This document shows positions 39,540 through 54,000 of a stretch of 64,000 nt of DNA, piece after piece. The notes below the pieces were generated by a model. That model did no database searches, was not told the origin of the DNA, and was given only the letters and a program-made list of their open reading frames with translations. Made by a program: the position numbers and the translations under genes. Source of the DNA: Eledone cirrhosa (lineage: Eukaryota); the NCBI GenBank assembly GCA_964016885.1, contig OZ024743.1, positions 354,454,001 to 354,518,000 on the forward strand, read 5' to 3'. Position 1 is the stretch's first letter. Each line of letters starts with the position of its first letter.

Positions 39540-42500
39540 TCTTCATGCTGGTTGTTGTTGGTGGTAGAGATTGAGGTTTTTGGGATTCTGGTAATGGCGC
39601 TGCTGATGATTGTCCTCATGCTGGTTGTTGTTGGTGGTAGAGATTGAGGTTTTTGTGTTTCTGGTAATGGTGATGCTGATGATTGTCCTCATGCTGGTTG
39701 TTGTTGGTGGTAGAGATTGAGGTTTTTGTGTTTCTGGTAATGGTGATGCTGATGATTGTCCTCATGCTGGTTGTTGTTGGTGGTAGAGATTAAGGTTTTT
39801 GTGATCCTGGTAATGGTGATGCTGATGATTGTCCTCATACTGGTTGTTGATGGTGGTAGAGATTGAGGTTTTTGTGATTCTGGTAATGGTGATGCTGATG
39901 ATTGTCCTCATGCTGGTTGTTGTTGGTGGTAGAGATTGAGGTTTTTGTGTTTCTGGTAATGGTGATGCTGATGATTGTCTTGATGCTGGTTGCTGTTGGT
40001 GATAGAGATTGACGTCTTTGTGATTCTGGTAATGGTGTTGCTGATGATTGTCCTCATGCTGGTTGTTGTTGGTGGTAGAGATTGAGGTTTTTGTGATTCT
40101 GATAATGGTGATGCTGATGATTGTCTTCATGCTGGTTGCTGTTGGCGATAGAGATTGAGGTCTTTGTGATTCTGGTAATGGTGATGCTGATGATTGTCTC
40201 CATGCTGGTTGTTGTTGGTGATAGAGATTGAGGTTTTTGTGATTCTGGTAATGACGATGCTGATGATTGTCTTCATGCTGGTTGTTGTTGGTGGTAGAGA
40301 TTGAGGTTTTTGGGATTCTGGTAATGGTGATGCTGATGATTGTCCTCATGCTGGTTGTTGTTGGTGGTAGAGATTGAGGTTTTTGTGTTTCTGGTAATGG
40401 TGATGCTGATGATTGTCCTCATGCTGGTTGTTGTTGGTGGTAGAGATTGAGGTTTTTGTGTTTCTGGTAATGGTGATGCTGATGATTGTCCTCATGCTGG
40501 TTGTTGTTGGTGGTAGAGATTAAGGTTTTTGTGTTTCTGGTAATGGTGATGCTGATGATTGTCTTCATGCTGGTTGTTGTTGGTGATAGAGATTGAGATA
40601 TTTGTGATTCTGGTAATGGTGATGCTGATGATTGTCCTCATGCTGGTTGTTGTTGGTGGTAGAGATTGAGGTTTTTGTGATTCTGGTAATGGTGATGCTG
40701 ATGATTGCCTTCATGCTGGTTGTTGTTGGTGGTTGAGATTGAGGTCTTTGTGATTCTGGTAATGGTGATGCTGATGATTGTCCTCATGCTGGTTGTTGTT
40801 GGTGGTAGAGATTGAGGTTTTTGTGATTCTGGTAATGGTGATGCTGATGATTGTCCTCATGCTGGTTGTTGTTGGTGGTAGAGATTGAGGTTTTTGTGAT
40901 TCTGGTAAGTGTGATGCTGATGATTGCCTTCATGCTGGTTGTTGTTGGTGGTAGAGATTGAGGTTTTTGTGTTTCTGGTAATGGTGATGCTGATGATTGT
41001 CTTGATGCTGGTTGTTGTTGGTGATAGAGATTGAGGTCTTTGTGATTCTGGTAATGGTGTTGCTGATGATTGTCCTCATGCTGGTTGTTGTTGGTGGTAG
41101 AGATTGAGGTTTTTGTGATTCTGGTAAGTGTGATGCTGATGATTGCCTTCATGCTGGTTGTTGTTGGTGGTAGAGATTGAGATCTTTGTGATTCTGGTAA
41201 TGGTGATGCTGATGATTGTCCTCATGCTGGTTGTTGTTGGTGGTAGAGATTGAGGTTTTTGTGATTCTGGTAATGGTGATGCTGATGATTGTCTTCATGC
41301 TGGTTGTTGTTGGTGATAGAGATTGAGGGCTTTGTGATTCTGGTAATGGTGATGCTGATGATTGTCCTCATGCTGGTTGTTGTTGGTGGTAGAGATTGAG
41401 GTTTTTGTGATTCTGGTAATGGTGATGCGGATGATTGTCCTCATGCTGGTTGTTGTTGTTGGTAGAGATTGAGGTTTTTGTGATCTTGGTAATGGTGATG
41501 CTGATGATTGTCCTCATACTGGTTGTTGTTGGTGGTAGAGATTGATGTTTTTGTGATCCTGGTAATGGTGATGCTGATGATTGTCCTCATGCTGGTTGTT
41601 GTTGGTGGTAGAGATTGAGGTTTTTGTGATCCTGGTAATGGTGATGCTGATGATTGTCCTCATGCTGGTTGTTGTTGGTGGTAGAGATTGAGGTTTTTGT
41701 GATCCTGGTAATGGTGATGCTGATGATTGTCCTCATGCTGGTTGTTGTTGGTGGTAGAGATTGAGGTTTTTGTGATTCTGGTAATGGTGATGCTGATGAT
41801 TGTCTTCATGCTGGTTGCTGTTGGCGATAGAGATTGAGGTCTTTGTGATTCTGGTAATGGTGATGCTGATGATTGTCTTCATGCTGGTTGTTGTTGGTGA
41901 TAGAGATTGAGGTTTTTGTGATTCTGGTAATGGCGATGCTGATGATTGTCTTCATGCTGGTTGTTGTTGGTGGTAGAGATTGAGGTTTTTGGGATTCTGG
42001 TAATGGTGATGCTGATGATTGTCCTCATGCTGGTTGTTGTTGGTGGTAGAGATTGAGGTTTTTGTGTTTCTGGTAATGGTGATGCTGATGATTGTCCTCA
42101 TGCTGGTTGTTGTTGGTGGTAGAGATTGAGGTTTTTGTGTTTCTGGTAATGGTGATGCTGATGATTGTCCTCATGCTGGTTGTTGTTGGTGGTAGAGATT
42201 AAGGTTTTTGTGATCCTGGTAATGGTGATGCTGATGATTGTCCTCATACTGGTTGTTGATGGTGGTAGAGATTGAGGTTTTTGTGATTCTGGTAATGGTG
42301 ATGCTGATGATTGTCCTCATGCTGGTTGTTGTTGGTGGTAGAGATTGAGGTTTTTGTGTTTCTGGTAATGGTGATGCTGATGATTGTCTTGATGCTGGTT
42401 GCTGTTGGTGATAGAGATTGACGTCTTTGTGATTCTGGTAATGGTGTTGCTGATGATTGTCCTCATGCTGGTTGTTGTTGGTGGTAGAGATTGAGGTTTT

Positions 42501-44000
42501 TGTGATTCTGATAATGGTGATGCTGATGATTGTCTTCATGCTGGTTGCTGTTGGCGATAGAGATTGAGGTCTTTGTGATTCTGGTAATGGTGATGCTGAT
42601 GATTGTCTCCATGCTGGTTGTTGTTGGTGATAGAGATTGAGGTTTTTGTGATTCTGGTAATGGCGATGCTGATGATTGTCTTCATGCTGGTTGTTGTTGG
42701 TGGTAGAGATTGAGGTTTTGGGGATTCTGGTAATGGTGATGCTGATGATTGTCCTCATGCTGGTTGTTGTTGGTGGTAGAGATTGAGGTTTTTGTGTTTC
42801 TGGTAATGGTGATGCTGATGATTGTCCTCATGCTGGTTGTTGTTGGTGGTAGAGATTGAGGTTTTTGTGTTTCTGGTAATGGTGATGCTGATGATTGTCC
42901 TCATGCTGGTTGTTGTTGGTGGTAGAGATTAAGGTTTTTGTGTTTCTGGTAATGGTGATGCTGATGATTGTCTTCATGCTGGTTGTTGTTGGTGATAGAG
43001 ATTGAGATATTTGTGATTCTGGTAATGGTGATGCTGATGATTGTCCTCATGCTGGTTGTTGTTGGTGGTAGAGATTGAGGTTTTTGTGATTCTGGTAATG
43101 GTGATGCTGATGATTGCCTTCATGCTGGTTGTTGTTGGTGGTTGAGATTGAGGTCTTTGTGATTCTGGTAATGGTGATGCTGATGATTGTCCTCATGCTG
43201 GTTGTTGTTGGTGGTAGAGATTGAGGTTTTTGTGATTCTGGTAATGGTGATGCTGATGATTGTCCTCATGCTGGTTGTTGTTGGTGGTAGAGATTGAGGT
43301 TTTTGTGATTCTGGTAAGTGTGATGCTGATGATTGCCTTCATGCTGGTTGTTGTTGGTGGTAGAGATTGAGGTTTTTGTGTTTCTGGTAATGGTGATGCT
43401 GATGATTGTCTTGATGCTGGTTGTTGTTGGTGATAGAGATTGAGGTCTTTGTGATTCTGGTAATGGTGTTGCTGATGATTGTCCTCATGCTGGTTGTTGT
43501 TGGTGGTAGAGATTGAGGTTTTTGTGATTCTGGTAAGTGTGATGCTGATGATTGCCTTCATGCTGGTTGTTGTTGGTGGTAGAGATTGAGGTCTTTGTGA
43601 TTCTGGTAATGGTGATGCAGATGATTGTCCTCATGCTGGTTGTTGTTGGTGGTAGAGATTGAGGTTTTTGTGATTCTGGTAATGGTGATGCTGATGATTG
43701 TCTTCATGCTGGTTGTTGTTGGTGATAGAGATTGAGGGCTTTGTGATTCTGGTAATGGTGATGCTGATGATTGTCCTCATGCTGGTTGTTGTTGGTGGTA
43801 GAGATTGAGGTTTTTGTGATTCTGGTAATGGTGATGCGGATGATTGTCCTCATGCTGGTTGTTGTTGTTGGTAGAGATTGAGGTTTTTGTGATCTTGGTA
43901 ATGGTGATGCTGATGATTGTCCTCATACTGGTTGTTGTTGGTGGTAGAGATTGAGGTTTTTGTGATCCTGGTAATGGTGATGCTGATGATTGTCCTCATG
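39540..44000. repeat. 33-mer HOR (2409 bp), two tandem copies (second one partial)
   Basis: Identical translated ORFs 39762/42171 and 40784/43193, offset 2409 = 33x73. Shared markers: GACGTCTTT, CTGATAATG, GTCTCCATG, GTAAGTGTG. Confidence 0.9.
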
Positions 44001-45399
44001 CTGGTTGTTGTTGGTGGTAGAGATTGAGGTTTTTGTGATCCTGGTAATGCTGATGCTGATGATTGTCCTCTTGCTGGTTGTTGTTGGTGGTAGAGATTGA
44101 GGTTTTTGTGATCCTGGTAATGGTGATGCTGATGATTGTCCTCATGCTGGTTGTTGTTGGTGGTAGAGATTGAGGCTTTTGTGATCCTGGTAATGGTGAT
44201 GCTGATGATTGTCCTCATGCTGGTTGTTGTTGGTGGTAGAGATTGAGGTTTTTGTGATCCTGGTAATGGTGATGCTGATGATTGTCCTCATGCTGGTTGT
44301 TGATGGTGGTAGAGATTGAGGTTTTTGTGATTCTGGTAATGGTGATGCTGATGATTGTCCTCATGCTGGTTGTTGTTGGTGGTAGAGATTGAGGTTTTTG
44401 TGTTTCTGGTAATGGTGATGCTGATGATTGTCTTGATGCTGGTTGCTGTTGGTGATAGAGATTGAGGTCTTTGTGATTCTGGTAATGGTGTTGCTGATGA
44501 TTGTCCTCATGCTGGTTGTTGTTGGTGGTAGAGATTGAGGTTTTTGTGATTCTGGTAATGGTGATGCTGATGATTGTCTTCATGCTGGTTGCTGTTGGCG
44601 ATAGAGATTGAGGTCTTTGTGATTCTGGTAATGGTGATGCTGATGATTGTCCTCATGCTGGTTGTTGTTAGTGGTAGAGATTGAGGTTTTTGTGATTCTG
44701 GTAATGGTGATGCTGATGATTGTCCTCATGCTGGTTGTTGTTGGTGGTAGAGATTGAGGTTTTTGTGATTCTGGTAATGGTGATGCTGATGATTGTCCTC
44801 ATGCTGGTTGTTGCTGGTGGTAGGGATTGAGGTCATTGTGATTCTGGTAATGGTGATGCTGATGATTGTCCTCATGCTGGTTGTTGTTGGTGGTAGAGAT
44901 TGAGGTTTTTGTGATTCTGGTAATGGTGATGCTGATGATTGTCCTCATGCTGGTTGTTGTTGGTGGTTGAGATTGAGGTTTTTGTGATTCTGGTAATGGT
45001 GATGCTGATGATTGTCCTCATGCTGGTTGTTGTTGGTGGTAGAGATTGAGGTTTTTGTAATTCTGGTAATGGTGATGCTGATGATTGTCCTCATGCTGGT
45101 TGTTGGTGGTGGTAGAGATTGAGGTTTTTGTGATTCTGGTAATGGTGATGCTGATGATTGTCCTCATGCTGGTTGTTGTTGGTGGTAGAGATTGAGGTTT
45201 TTGTGATTCTGGTAATGGTGATGCGGATGATTGTCCTCATGCTGGTTGTTGTTGTTGGTAGAGATTGAGGTTTTTGTGATCCTGGTAATGGTGATGCTGA
45301 TGATTGTCCTCATACTGGTTGTTGTTGGTGGTAGAGATTGAGGTTTTTGTGATCCTGGTAATGGTGATGCTGATGATTGTCCTCTTGCTGGTTGTTGTT

Positions 45400-48300
45400 G
45401 GTGGTAGAGATTGAGGTTTTTGTGATCCTGGTAATGGTGATGCTGATGATTGTCCTCATGCTGGTTGTTGTTGGTGGTAGAGATTGAGGTTTTTGTGATC
45501 CTGGTAATGGTGATGCTGATGATTGTCCTCATGCTGGTTGTTGTTGGTGGTAGAGATTGAGGTTTTTGTGATCCTGGTAATGGTGATGCTGATGATTGTC
45601 CTCATACTGGTTGTTGATGGTGGTAGAGATTGAGGTTTTTGTGATTCTGGTAATGGTGATGCTGATGATTGTCCTCATGCTGGTTGTTGTTGGTGGTAGA
45701 GATTGAGGTTTTTGGGATTCTGGTAATGGTGATGCTGATGATTGTCCTCATGCTGGTTGTTGTTGGTGGTAGAGATTGAGGTTTTTGTGTTTCTGGTAAT
45801 GGTGATGATGATGATTGTCCTCATGCTGGTTGTTGTTGGTGGTAGAGATTGAGGTTTTTGTGTTTCTGGTAATGGTGATGCTGATGATTGTCCTCATGCT
45901 GGTTGTTGTTGGTGGTAGAGATTAAGGTTTTTGTGATCCAGGTAATGGTGATGCTGATGATTGTCCTCATACTGGTTGTTGATGGTGGTAGAGATTGAGG
46001 TTTTTGTGATTCTGGTAATGGTGATGCTGATGATTGTCCTCATGCTGGTTGTTGTTGGTGGTAGAGATTGAGGTTTTTGTGTTTCTGGTAATGGTGATGC
46101 TGATGATTGTCTTGATGATGGTTGCTGTTGGTGATAGAGATTGAGGTCTTTGTGATTCTGGTAATGGTGTTGCTGATGATTGTCCTCATGCTGGTTGTTG
46201 TTGGTGGTAGAGATTGAGGTTTTTGTGATTCTGGTAATGGTGATGCTGATGATTGTCTTCATGCTGGTTGCTGTTGGCGATAGAGATTGAGGTCTTTGTG
46301 ATTCTGGTAATGGTGATGCTGATGATTGTCTTCATGCTGGTTGTTGTTGGTGATAGAGATTGAGGTTTTTGTGATTCTGGTAATGGCGATGCTGATGATT
46401 GTCTTCATGCTGGTTGTTGTTGGTGGTAGAGATTGAGGTTTTTGGGATTCTGGTAATGGTGATGCTGATGATTGTCCTCATGCTGGTTGTTGTTGGTGGT
46501 AGAGATTGAGGTTTTTGTGTTTCTGGTAATGGTGATGCTGATGATTGTCCTCATGCTGGTTGTTGTTGGTGGTAGAGATTGAGGTTTTTGTGTTTCTGGT
46601 AATGGTGATGCTGATGATTGTCCTCATGCTGGTTGTTGTTGGTGGTAGAGATTAAGGTTTTTGTGTTTCTGGTAATGGTGATGCTGATGATTGTCTTCAT
46701 GCTGGTTGTTGTTGGTGATAGAGATTGAGATATTTGTGATTCTGGTAATGGTGATGCTGATGATTGTCCTCATGCTGGTTGTTGTTGGTGGTAGAGATTG
46801 AGGTTTTTGTGTTTCTGGTAATGGTGATGCTGATGATTGTCCTCATGCTGGTTGTTGTTGGTGGTAGAGATTGAGGTTTTTGTGTTTCTGGTAATGGTGA
46901 TGCTGATGATTGTCTTGATGCTGGTTGTTGTTGGTGATAGAGATTGAGGTCTTTGTGATTCTGGTAATGGTGTTGCTGATGATTGTCCTCATGCTGGTTG
47001 TTGTTGGTGGTAGAGATTGAGGTTTTTGTGATTCTGGTAAGTGTGATGCTGATGATTGCCTTCATGCTGGTTGTTGTTGGTGGTAGAGATTGAGGTCTTT
47101 GTGATTCTGGTAATGGTGATGCTGATGATTGTCCTCATGCTGGTTGTTGTTGGTGGTAGGGATTGAGGTTTTTGTGATTCTGGTAATGGTGATGCTGATG
47201 ATTGTCTTCATGCTGGTTGTTGTTGGTGATAGAGATTGAGGGCTTTGTGATTCTGGTAATGGTGATACTGATGATTGTCCTCATGCTGGTTGTTGTTGGT
47301 GGTAGAGATTGAGGTTTTTGTAATTCTGGTAATGGTGATGCTGATGATTGTCCTCATGCTGGTTGTTGTTGGTGGTAGAGATTGAGGTTTTTGTGATTCT
47401 GGTAATGGTGATGCTGATGATTGTCCTCATGCTGGTTGTTGTTAGTGGTAGAGATTGAGGTGTTTGTGATTCTGGTAATGGTGATGCTGATGATTGGCTT
47501 CATGCTGGTTGTTGTTGGTGATAGAGATTGAGGTTTTTGTGATTCTGGTAATGGTGATGCTGATGATTGTCCTCATGCTGGTTGTTGTTGGTTGTAGAGA
47601 TTGAGGTTTTTGTAATTCTGGTAATGGTGATGCAGATGATTGTCCTCATGATGGTTGTTGTTGGTGGTAGAGATGGAGGTTTTTGTGATTCTGGTAATGG
47701 TGATGCGGATGATTGTCCTCAAGTTGGTTGTTGTTGGTGGTAGAGATGGAGGTTTTTGTGATTCTGGTAATGGTTATTCGGATGATTGTCCTCATGCTGG
47801 TTGTTGTTGGTGGTAGAGATTGAGGTTTTTGTGATCCTGGTAATGGTGATGCTGATGATTGTCCTCATACTGGTTGTTGTTGGTGGTAGAGATTGAGGTT
47901 TTTGTGATCCTGGTAATGGTGATGCTGATGATTGTCCTCATGCTGGTTGTTGTTGGTGGTAGAGATTGAGGTTTTTGTGATCCTGGTAATGGTGATGCTG
48001 ATGATTGTCCTCATGCTGGTTGTTGTTGGTGGTAGAGATTGAGGTTTTTGTGATTCTGGTAATGGTGATGCTGATGATTGTCCTCATGCTGGTTGTTGTT
48101 GGTGGTAGAGATTGAGGTTTTTGTGTTTCTGGTAATGGTGATGCTGATGATTGTCTTGATGCTGGTTGCTGTTGGTGATAGAGATTGAGGTCTTTGTGAT
48201 TCTGGTAATGGTGTTGCTGATGATTGTCCTCATGCTGGTTGTTGCTGGTGGTAGAGATTGAGGTTTTTGTGATCCTGGTAATGGTGATGCTGATGATTGC

Positions 48301-51060
48301 CTTCATGCTGGTTGTTGTTGGTGGTAGAGATTGAGGTTTTTGTGATCCTGGTAATGGTGATGCTGATGATTGTCCTCATGCTGGTTGTTGTTGGTGGTAG
48401 AGATTGAGGTTTTTGTGATCCTGGTAATGGTGATGCTGATGATTGTCCTCATGCTGGTTGTTGTTGGTGGTAGAGATTGAGGTTTTTGTGATCCTGGTAA
48501 TGGTGATGCTGATGATTGTCCTCATACTGGTTGTTGATGGTGGTAGAGATTGAGGTTTTTGTGATTCTGGTAATGGTGATGCTGATGATTGTCCTCATGC
48601 TGGTTGTTGTTGGTGGTAGAGATTGAGGTTTTTGGGATTCTGGTAATGGTGATGCTGATGATTGTCCTCATGCTGGTTGTTGTTGGTGGTAGAGATTGAG
48701 GTTTTTGTGTTTCTGGTAATGGTGATGATGATGATTGTCCTCATGCTGGTTGTTGTTGGTGGTAGAGATTGAGGTTTTTGTGTTTCTGGTAATGGTGATG
48801 CTGATGATTGTCCTCATGCTGGTTGTTGTTGGTGGTAGAGATTAAGGTTTTTGTGATCCTGGTAATGGTGATGCTGATGATTGTCCTCATACTGGTTGTT
48901 GATGGTGGTAGAGATTGAGGTTTTTGTGATTCTGGTAATGGTGATGCTGATGATTGTCCTCATGCTGGTTGTTGTTGGTGGTAGGGATTGAGGTTTTTGT
49001 GTTTCTGGTAATGGTGATGCTGATGATTGTCTTGATGATGGTTGCTGTTGGTGATAGAGATTGAGGTCTTTGTGATTCTGGTAATGGTGTTGCTGATGAT
49101 TGTCCTCATGCTGGTTGTTGTTGGTGGTAGAGATTGAGGTTTTTGTGATTCTGGTAATGGTGATGCTGATGATTGTCTTCATGCTGGTTGCTGTTGGCGA
49201 TAGAGATTGAGGTCTTTGTGATTCTGGTAATGGTGATGCTGATGATTGTCTTCATGCTGGTTGTTGTTGGTGATAGAGATTGAGGTTTTTGTGATTCTGG
49301 TAATGGCGATGCTGATGATTGTCTTCATGCTGGTTGTTGTTGGTGGTAGAGATTGAGGTTTTTGGGATTCTGGTAATGGTGATGCTGATGATTGTCCTCA
49401 TGCTGGTTGTTGTTGGTGGTAGAGATTGAGGTTTTTGTGTTTCTGGTAATGGTGATGCTGATGATTGTCCTCATGCTGGTTGTTGTTGGTGGTAGAGATT
49501 GAGGTTTTTGTGTTTCTGGTAATGGTAATGCTGATGATTGTCCTCATGCTGGTTGTTGTTGGTGGTAGAGATTAAGGTTTTTGTGTTTCTGGTAATGGTG
49601 ATGCTGATGATTGTCTTCATGCTGGTTGTTGTTGGTGATAGAGATTGAGATATTTGTGATTCTGGTAATGGTGATGCTGATGATTGTCCTCATGCTGGTT
49701 GTTGTTGGTGGTAGAGATTGAGGTTTTTGTGTTTCTGGTAATGGTGATGCTGATGATTGTCTTGATGCTGGTTGTTGTTGGTGATAGAGATTGAGGTCTT
49801 TGTGATTCTGGTAATGGTGTTGCTGATGATTGTCCTCATGCTGGTTGTTGTTGGTGGTAGAGATTGAGGTTTTTGTGATTCTGGTAAGTGTGATGCTGAT
49901 GATTGCCTTCATGCTGGTTGTTGTTGGTGGTAGAGATTGAGGTCTTTGTGATTCTGGTAATGGTGATGCTGATGATTGTCCTCATGCTGGTTGTTGTTGG
50001 TGGTAGGGATTGAGGTTTTTGTGATTCTGGTAATGGTGATGCTGATGATTGTCTTCATGCTGGTTGTTGTTGGTGATAGAGATTGAGGGCTTTGTGATTC
50101 TGGTAATGGTGATACTGATGATTGTCCTCATGCTGGTTGTTGTTGGTGGTAGAGATTGAGGTTTTTGTAATTCTGGTAATGGTGATGCTGATGATTGTCC
50201 TCATGCTGGTTGTTGTTGGTGGTAGAGATTGAGGTTTTTGTGATTCTGGTAATGGTGATGCTGATGATTGTCCTCATGCTGGTTGTTGTTAGTGGTAGAG
50301 ATTGAGGTGTTTGTGATTCTGGTAATGGTGATGCTGATGATTGGCTTCATGCTGGTTGTTGTTGGTGATAGAGATTGAGGTTTTTGTGATTCTGGTAATG
50401 GTGATGCTGATGATTGTCCTCATGCTGGTTGTTGTTGGTTGTAGAGATTGAGGTTTTTGTAATTCTGGTAATGGTGATGCAGATGATTGTCCTCATGCTG
50501 GTTGTTGTTGGTGGTAGAGATGGAGGTTTTTGTGATTCTGGTAATGGTTATTCGGATGATTGTCCTCATGCTGGTTGTTGTTGGTGGTAGAGATTGAGGT
50601 TTTTGTGATCCTGGTAATGGTGATGCTGATGATTGTCCTCATACTGGTTGTTGTTGGTGGTAGAGATTGAGGTTTTTGTGATCCTGGTAATGGTGATGCT
50701 GATGATTGTCCTCATGCTGGTTGTTGTTGGTGGTAGAGATTGAGGTTTTTGTGATCCTGGTAATGGTGATGCTGATGATTGTCCTCATGCTGGTTGTTGT
50801 TGGTGGTAGAGATTGAGGTTTTTGTGATTCTGGTAATGGTGATGCTGATGATTGTCCTCATGCTGGTTGTTGTTGGTGGTAGAGATTGAGGTTTTTGTGT
50901 TTCTGGTAATGGTGATGCTGATGATTGTCTTGATGCTGGTTGCTGTTGGTGATAGAGATTGAGGTCTTTGTGATTCTGGTAATGGTGTTGCTGATGATTG
51001 TCCTCATGCTGGTTGTTGCTGGTGGTAGAGATTGAGGTTTTTGTGATTCTGCTAAGGGTG
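45400..51060. repeat. About 40-mer HOR, two tandem copies differing by two whole monomers
   Basis: Offsets 2920 (45894/48814; 40x73), 2847 (47065/49912; 39x73) and 2774 (47938/50712; 38x73). Shared markers: CTTGATGATGG, GATACTGATG, GTTATTCGG. Confidence 0.88.
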
Positions 51061-54000
51061 ATGCTGATGATTGCCTTCATGCTGGTTGTTGTTGGTGGTA
51101 GAGATTGAGGTCTTTGTGATTCTGATAATGGTGATGCTGATGATTGTCCTCATGCTGGTTGGTGTTGGTGGTAGAGATTGAGGTTTTTGTGATTCTGGTA
51201 ATGGTGATGCTGATGATTGCCTTCATGCTGGTTGTTGTTGGTGGTAGAGATTGAGGTCTTTGTGATTCTGGTAATGGTTATGCTGATGATTGTCCTCATG
51301 CTGGTTGTTGTTGGTGGTAGAGATTGAGGTTTTTGTGATTCTGGTAATGGTGATGCTGATGATTGTCTTCATGCTGGTTGTTGTTGGTGATAGAGATTGA
51401 GGTCTTTGTGATTCTGGTAATGGTGATGCTGATGATTGTCCTCATGCTGGTTGTTGTTGGTGGTAGAGATTGAGGTTTTTGTAATACTGGTAATGGTGAT
51501 GTTGATGATTGTCCTCATGCTGGTTGTTGTTGGTGGTAGAGATTGAGGTTTTTGTGATTCTGGTAATGGTGATGCTGATGATTGTCCTCATGCTGGTTGT
51601 TGTTGGTGGTAGAGATTGAGGTTTTTGTAATTCTGGTAATGGTGATGCTGATGATTGTCCTCATGCTGGTGGTTGTTGGTGGTAGAAATTGAGGTTTTTG
51701 TGATTCTGGTAATGGTGATGCTGATGATTGTCCTCATGCTGGTTGTTGTTAGTGGTAGAGATTGAGATCTTTGTGATTCTGGTAATGGTGATGCTGATGA
51801 TTGGCTTCATGCTGGTTGTTGTTGGTGATAGAGATTGAGGTTTTTGTGATTCTGGTAATGGTGATGCTGATGATTGTCCTCATGCTGGTTGTTGTTGGTT
51901 GTAGAGATTGAGGTTTTTGTAATTCTGGTAATGGTGATGCAGATGATTGTCCTCATGCTGGTTGTTGTTGGTGGTAGAGATGGAGGTTTTTGTGATTCTG
52001 GTAATGGTGATGCGGATGATTGTCCTCATGCTGGTTGTTGTTGGTGGTAGAGATGGAGGTTTTTGTGATTCTGGTAATGGTGATGCGGATGATTGTCCTC
52101 ATGCTGGTTGTTGTTGGTGGTAGAGATTGAGGTTTTTGTGATCCTGGTAATGGTGATGCTGATGATTGTCCTCATACTGGTTGTTGTTGGTGGTAGAGAT
52201 TGAGGTTTTTGTGATCCTGGTAATGGTGATGCTGATGATTGTCCTCATGCTGGTTGTTGTTGGTGGTAGAGATTGAGGTTTTTGTGATCCTGGTAATGGT
52301 GATGCTGATGATTGTCCTCTTGCTGGTTGTTGTTGGTGGTAGAGATTGAGGTTTTTGTGATCCTGGTAATGGTGATGCTGATGATTGTCCTCATGCTGGT
52401 TGTTGTTGGTGGTAGAGATTGAGGTTTTTGTGATCCTGGTAATGGTGATGCTGATGATTGTCCTCATGCTGGTTGTTGTTGGTGGAAGAGATTGAGGTTT
52501 TTGTGATCCTGGTAATGGTGATGCTGATGATTGTCCTCTTGCTGGTTGTTGTTGGTGGTAGAGATTGATGTTTTTGTGATCCTGGTAATGGTGATGCTGA
52601 TGATTGTCCTCATGCTGGTTGTTGTTGGTGGTAGAGATTGAGGTTTTTGTGATCCTGGTAATGGTGATGCTGATGATTGTCCTCATGCTGGTTGTTGTTG
52701 GTGGTAGAGATTGAGGTTTTTGTGATTCTGGTAATGGTGATGCTGATGATTGTCCTCATGCTGGTTGTTGTTGGTGGTAGAGATTGAGGTTTTTGTGTTT
52801 CTGGTAATGGTGATGCTGATGATTGTCTTGATGCTGGTTGCTGTTGGTGATAGAGATTGAGGTCTTTGTGATTCTGGTAATGGTGTTGCTGATGATTGTC
52901 CTCATGCTGGTTGTTGCTGGTGGTAGAGATTGAGGTTTTTGTGATTCTGGTAAGGGTGATGCTGATGATTGCCTTCTTGCTGGTTGTTGTTGGTGGTAGA
53001 GATTGAGGTCTTTGTGATTCTGGTAATGGTGATGCTGATGATTGCCTTCATGCTGGTTGTTGTTGGTGGTAGAGATTGAGGTCTTTGTGATTCTGGTAAT
53101 GGTGATGCTGATGATTGTCCTCATGCTGGTTGTTGTTGGTGGTAGAGATTGAGGTTTTTGTGATTCTGGTAATGGTGATGCTGATGATTGTCTTCATGCT
53201 GGTTGTTGTTGGTGATAGAGATTGAGGTCTTTGTGATTCTGGTAATGGTGATGCTGATGATTGTCCTCATGCTGGTTGTTGTTGGTGGTAGAGATTGAGG
53301 TTTTTGTGATTCTGGTAATGGTGATGCTGATGATTGTCCTCATGCTGGTTGTTGTTGGTGGTAGAGATTGAGGTTTTTGTGATTCTGGTAATGGTGATGC
53401 TGATGATTGTCCTCATGCTGGTTGTTGTTGGTGTTAGAGATTGAGGTTTTTATGATTCTGGTAATGGTGATGCTGATGATTGTCCTCATGCTGGTTGTTG
53501 TTGGTGGTTGAGATTGAGGTTTTTGTGATTCTGGTAATGGTGATGCTGATGATTGTCCTCATGCTGGTTGTTGTTGGTGGTAGAGATTGAGGTTTTTGTA
53601 ATTCTGGTAATGGTGATGCTGATGATTGTCCTCATGCTGGTTGTTGGTGGTGGTAGAGATTGAGGTTTTTGTGATTCTGGTAATGGTGATGCTGATGATT
53701 GTCCTCATGCTGGTTGTGGTTGGTGGTAGAGATTGAGGTTTTTGTGATTCTGGAAAAGGTGATGCGGATGATTGTTCTCATGCTGGTTGTTGTTGGTGGT
53801 AGAGATTGAGGTTTTGTGATCCTGGTAATGGTGATGCTGATGATTGTCCTCATACTGGTTGTTGTTGGTGGTAGAGATTGAGGTTTTTGTGATCCTGGTA
53901 ATGGTGATGCTGATGATTGTCCTCATGCTGGTTGTTGTTGGTTGTAGAGATTGGGGTTTTTGTGATCCTGGTAATGGTGATGCTGATGATTGTCCTCATG

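Noticed and set aside
39762-40349. Longest minus-strand ORFs (122-195 aa; also 42171-42758 and 52099-52686) as mucin-like or His/Gln-rich protein genes
   Set aside because: They are translations of the satellite where point variants remove the single TGA. The period is not a multiple of 3, there is no unique coding sequence, and stop-creating and frameshifting variants spread freely.
52140-52655. GATCCTGG as overlapping Dam/Dcm methylation sites forming a regulatory pattern
   Set aside because: It arises from one T-to-C change. Nothing suggests a bacterial context, and an array of this kind is most consistent with a eukaryotic genome.
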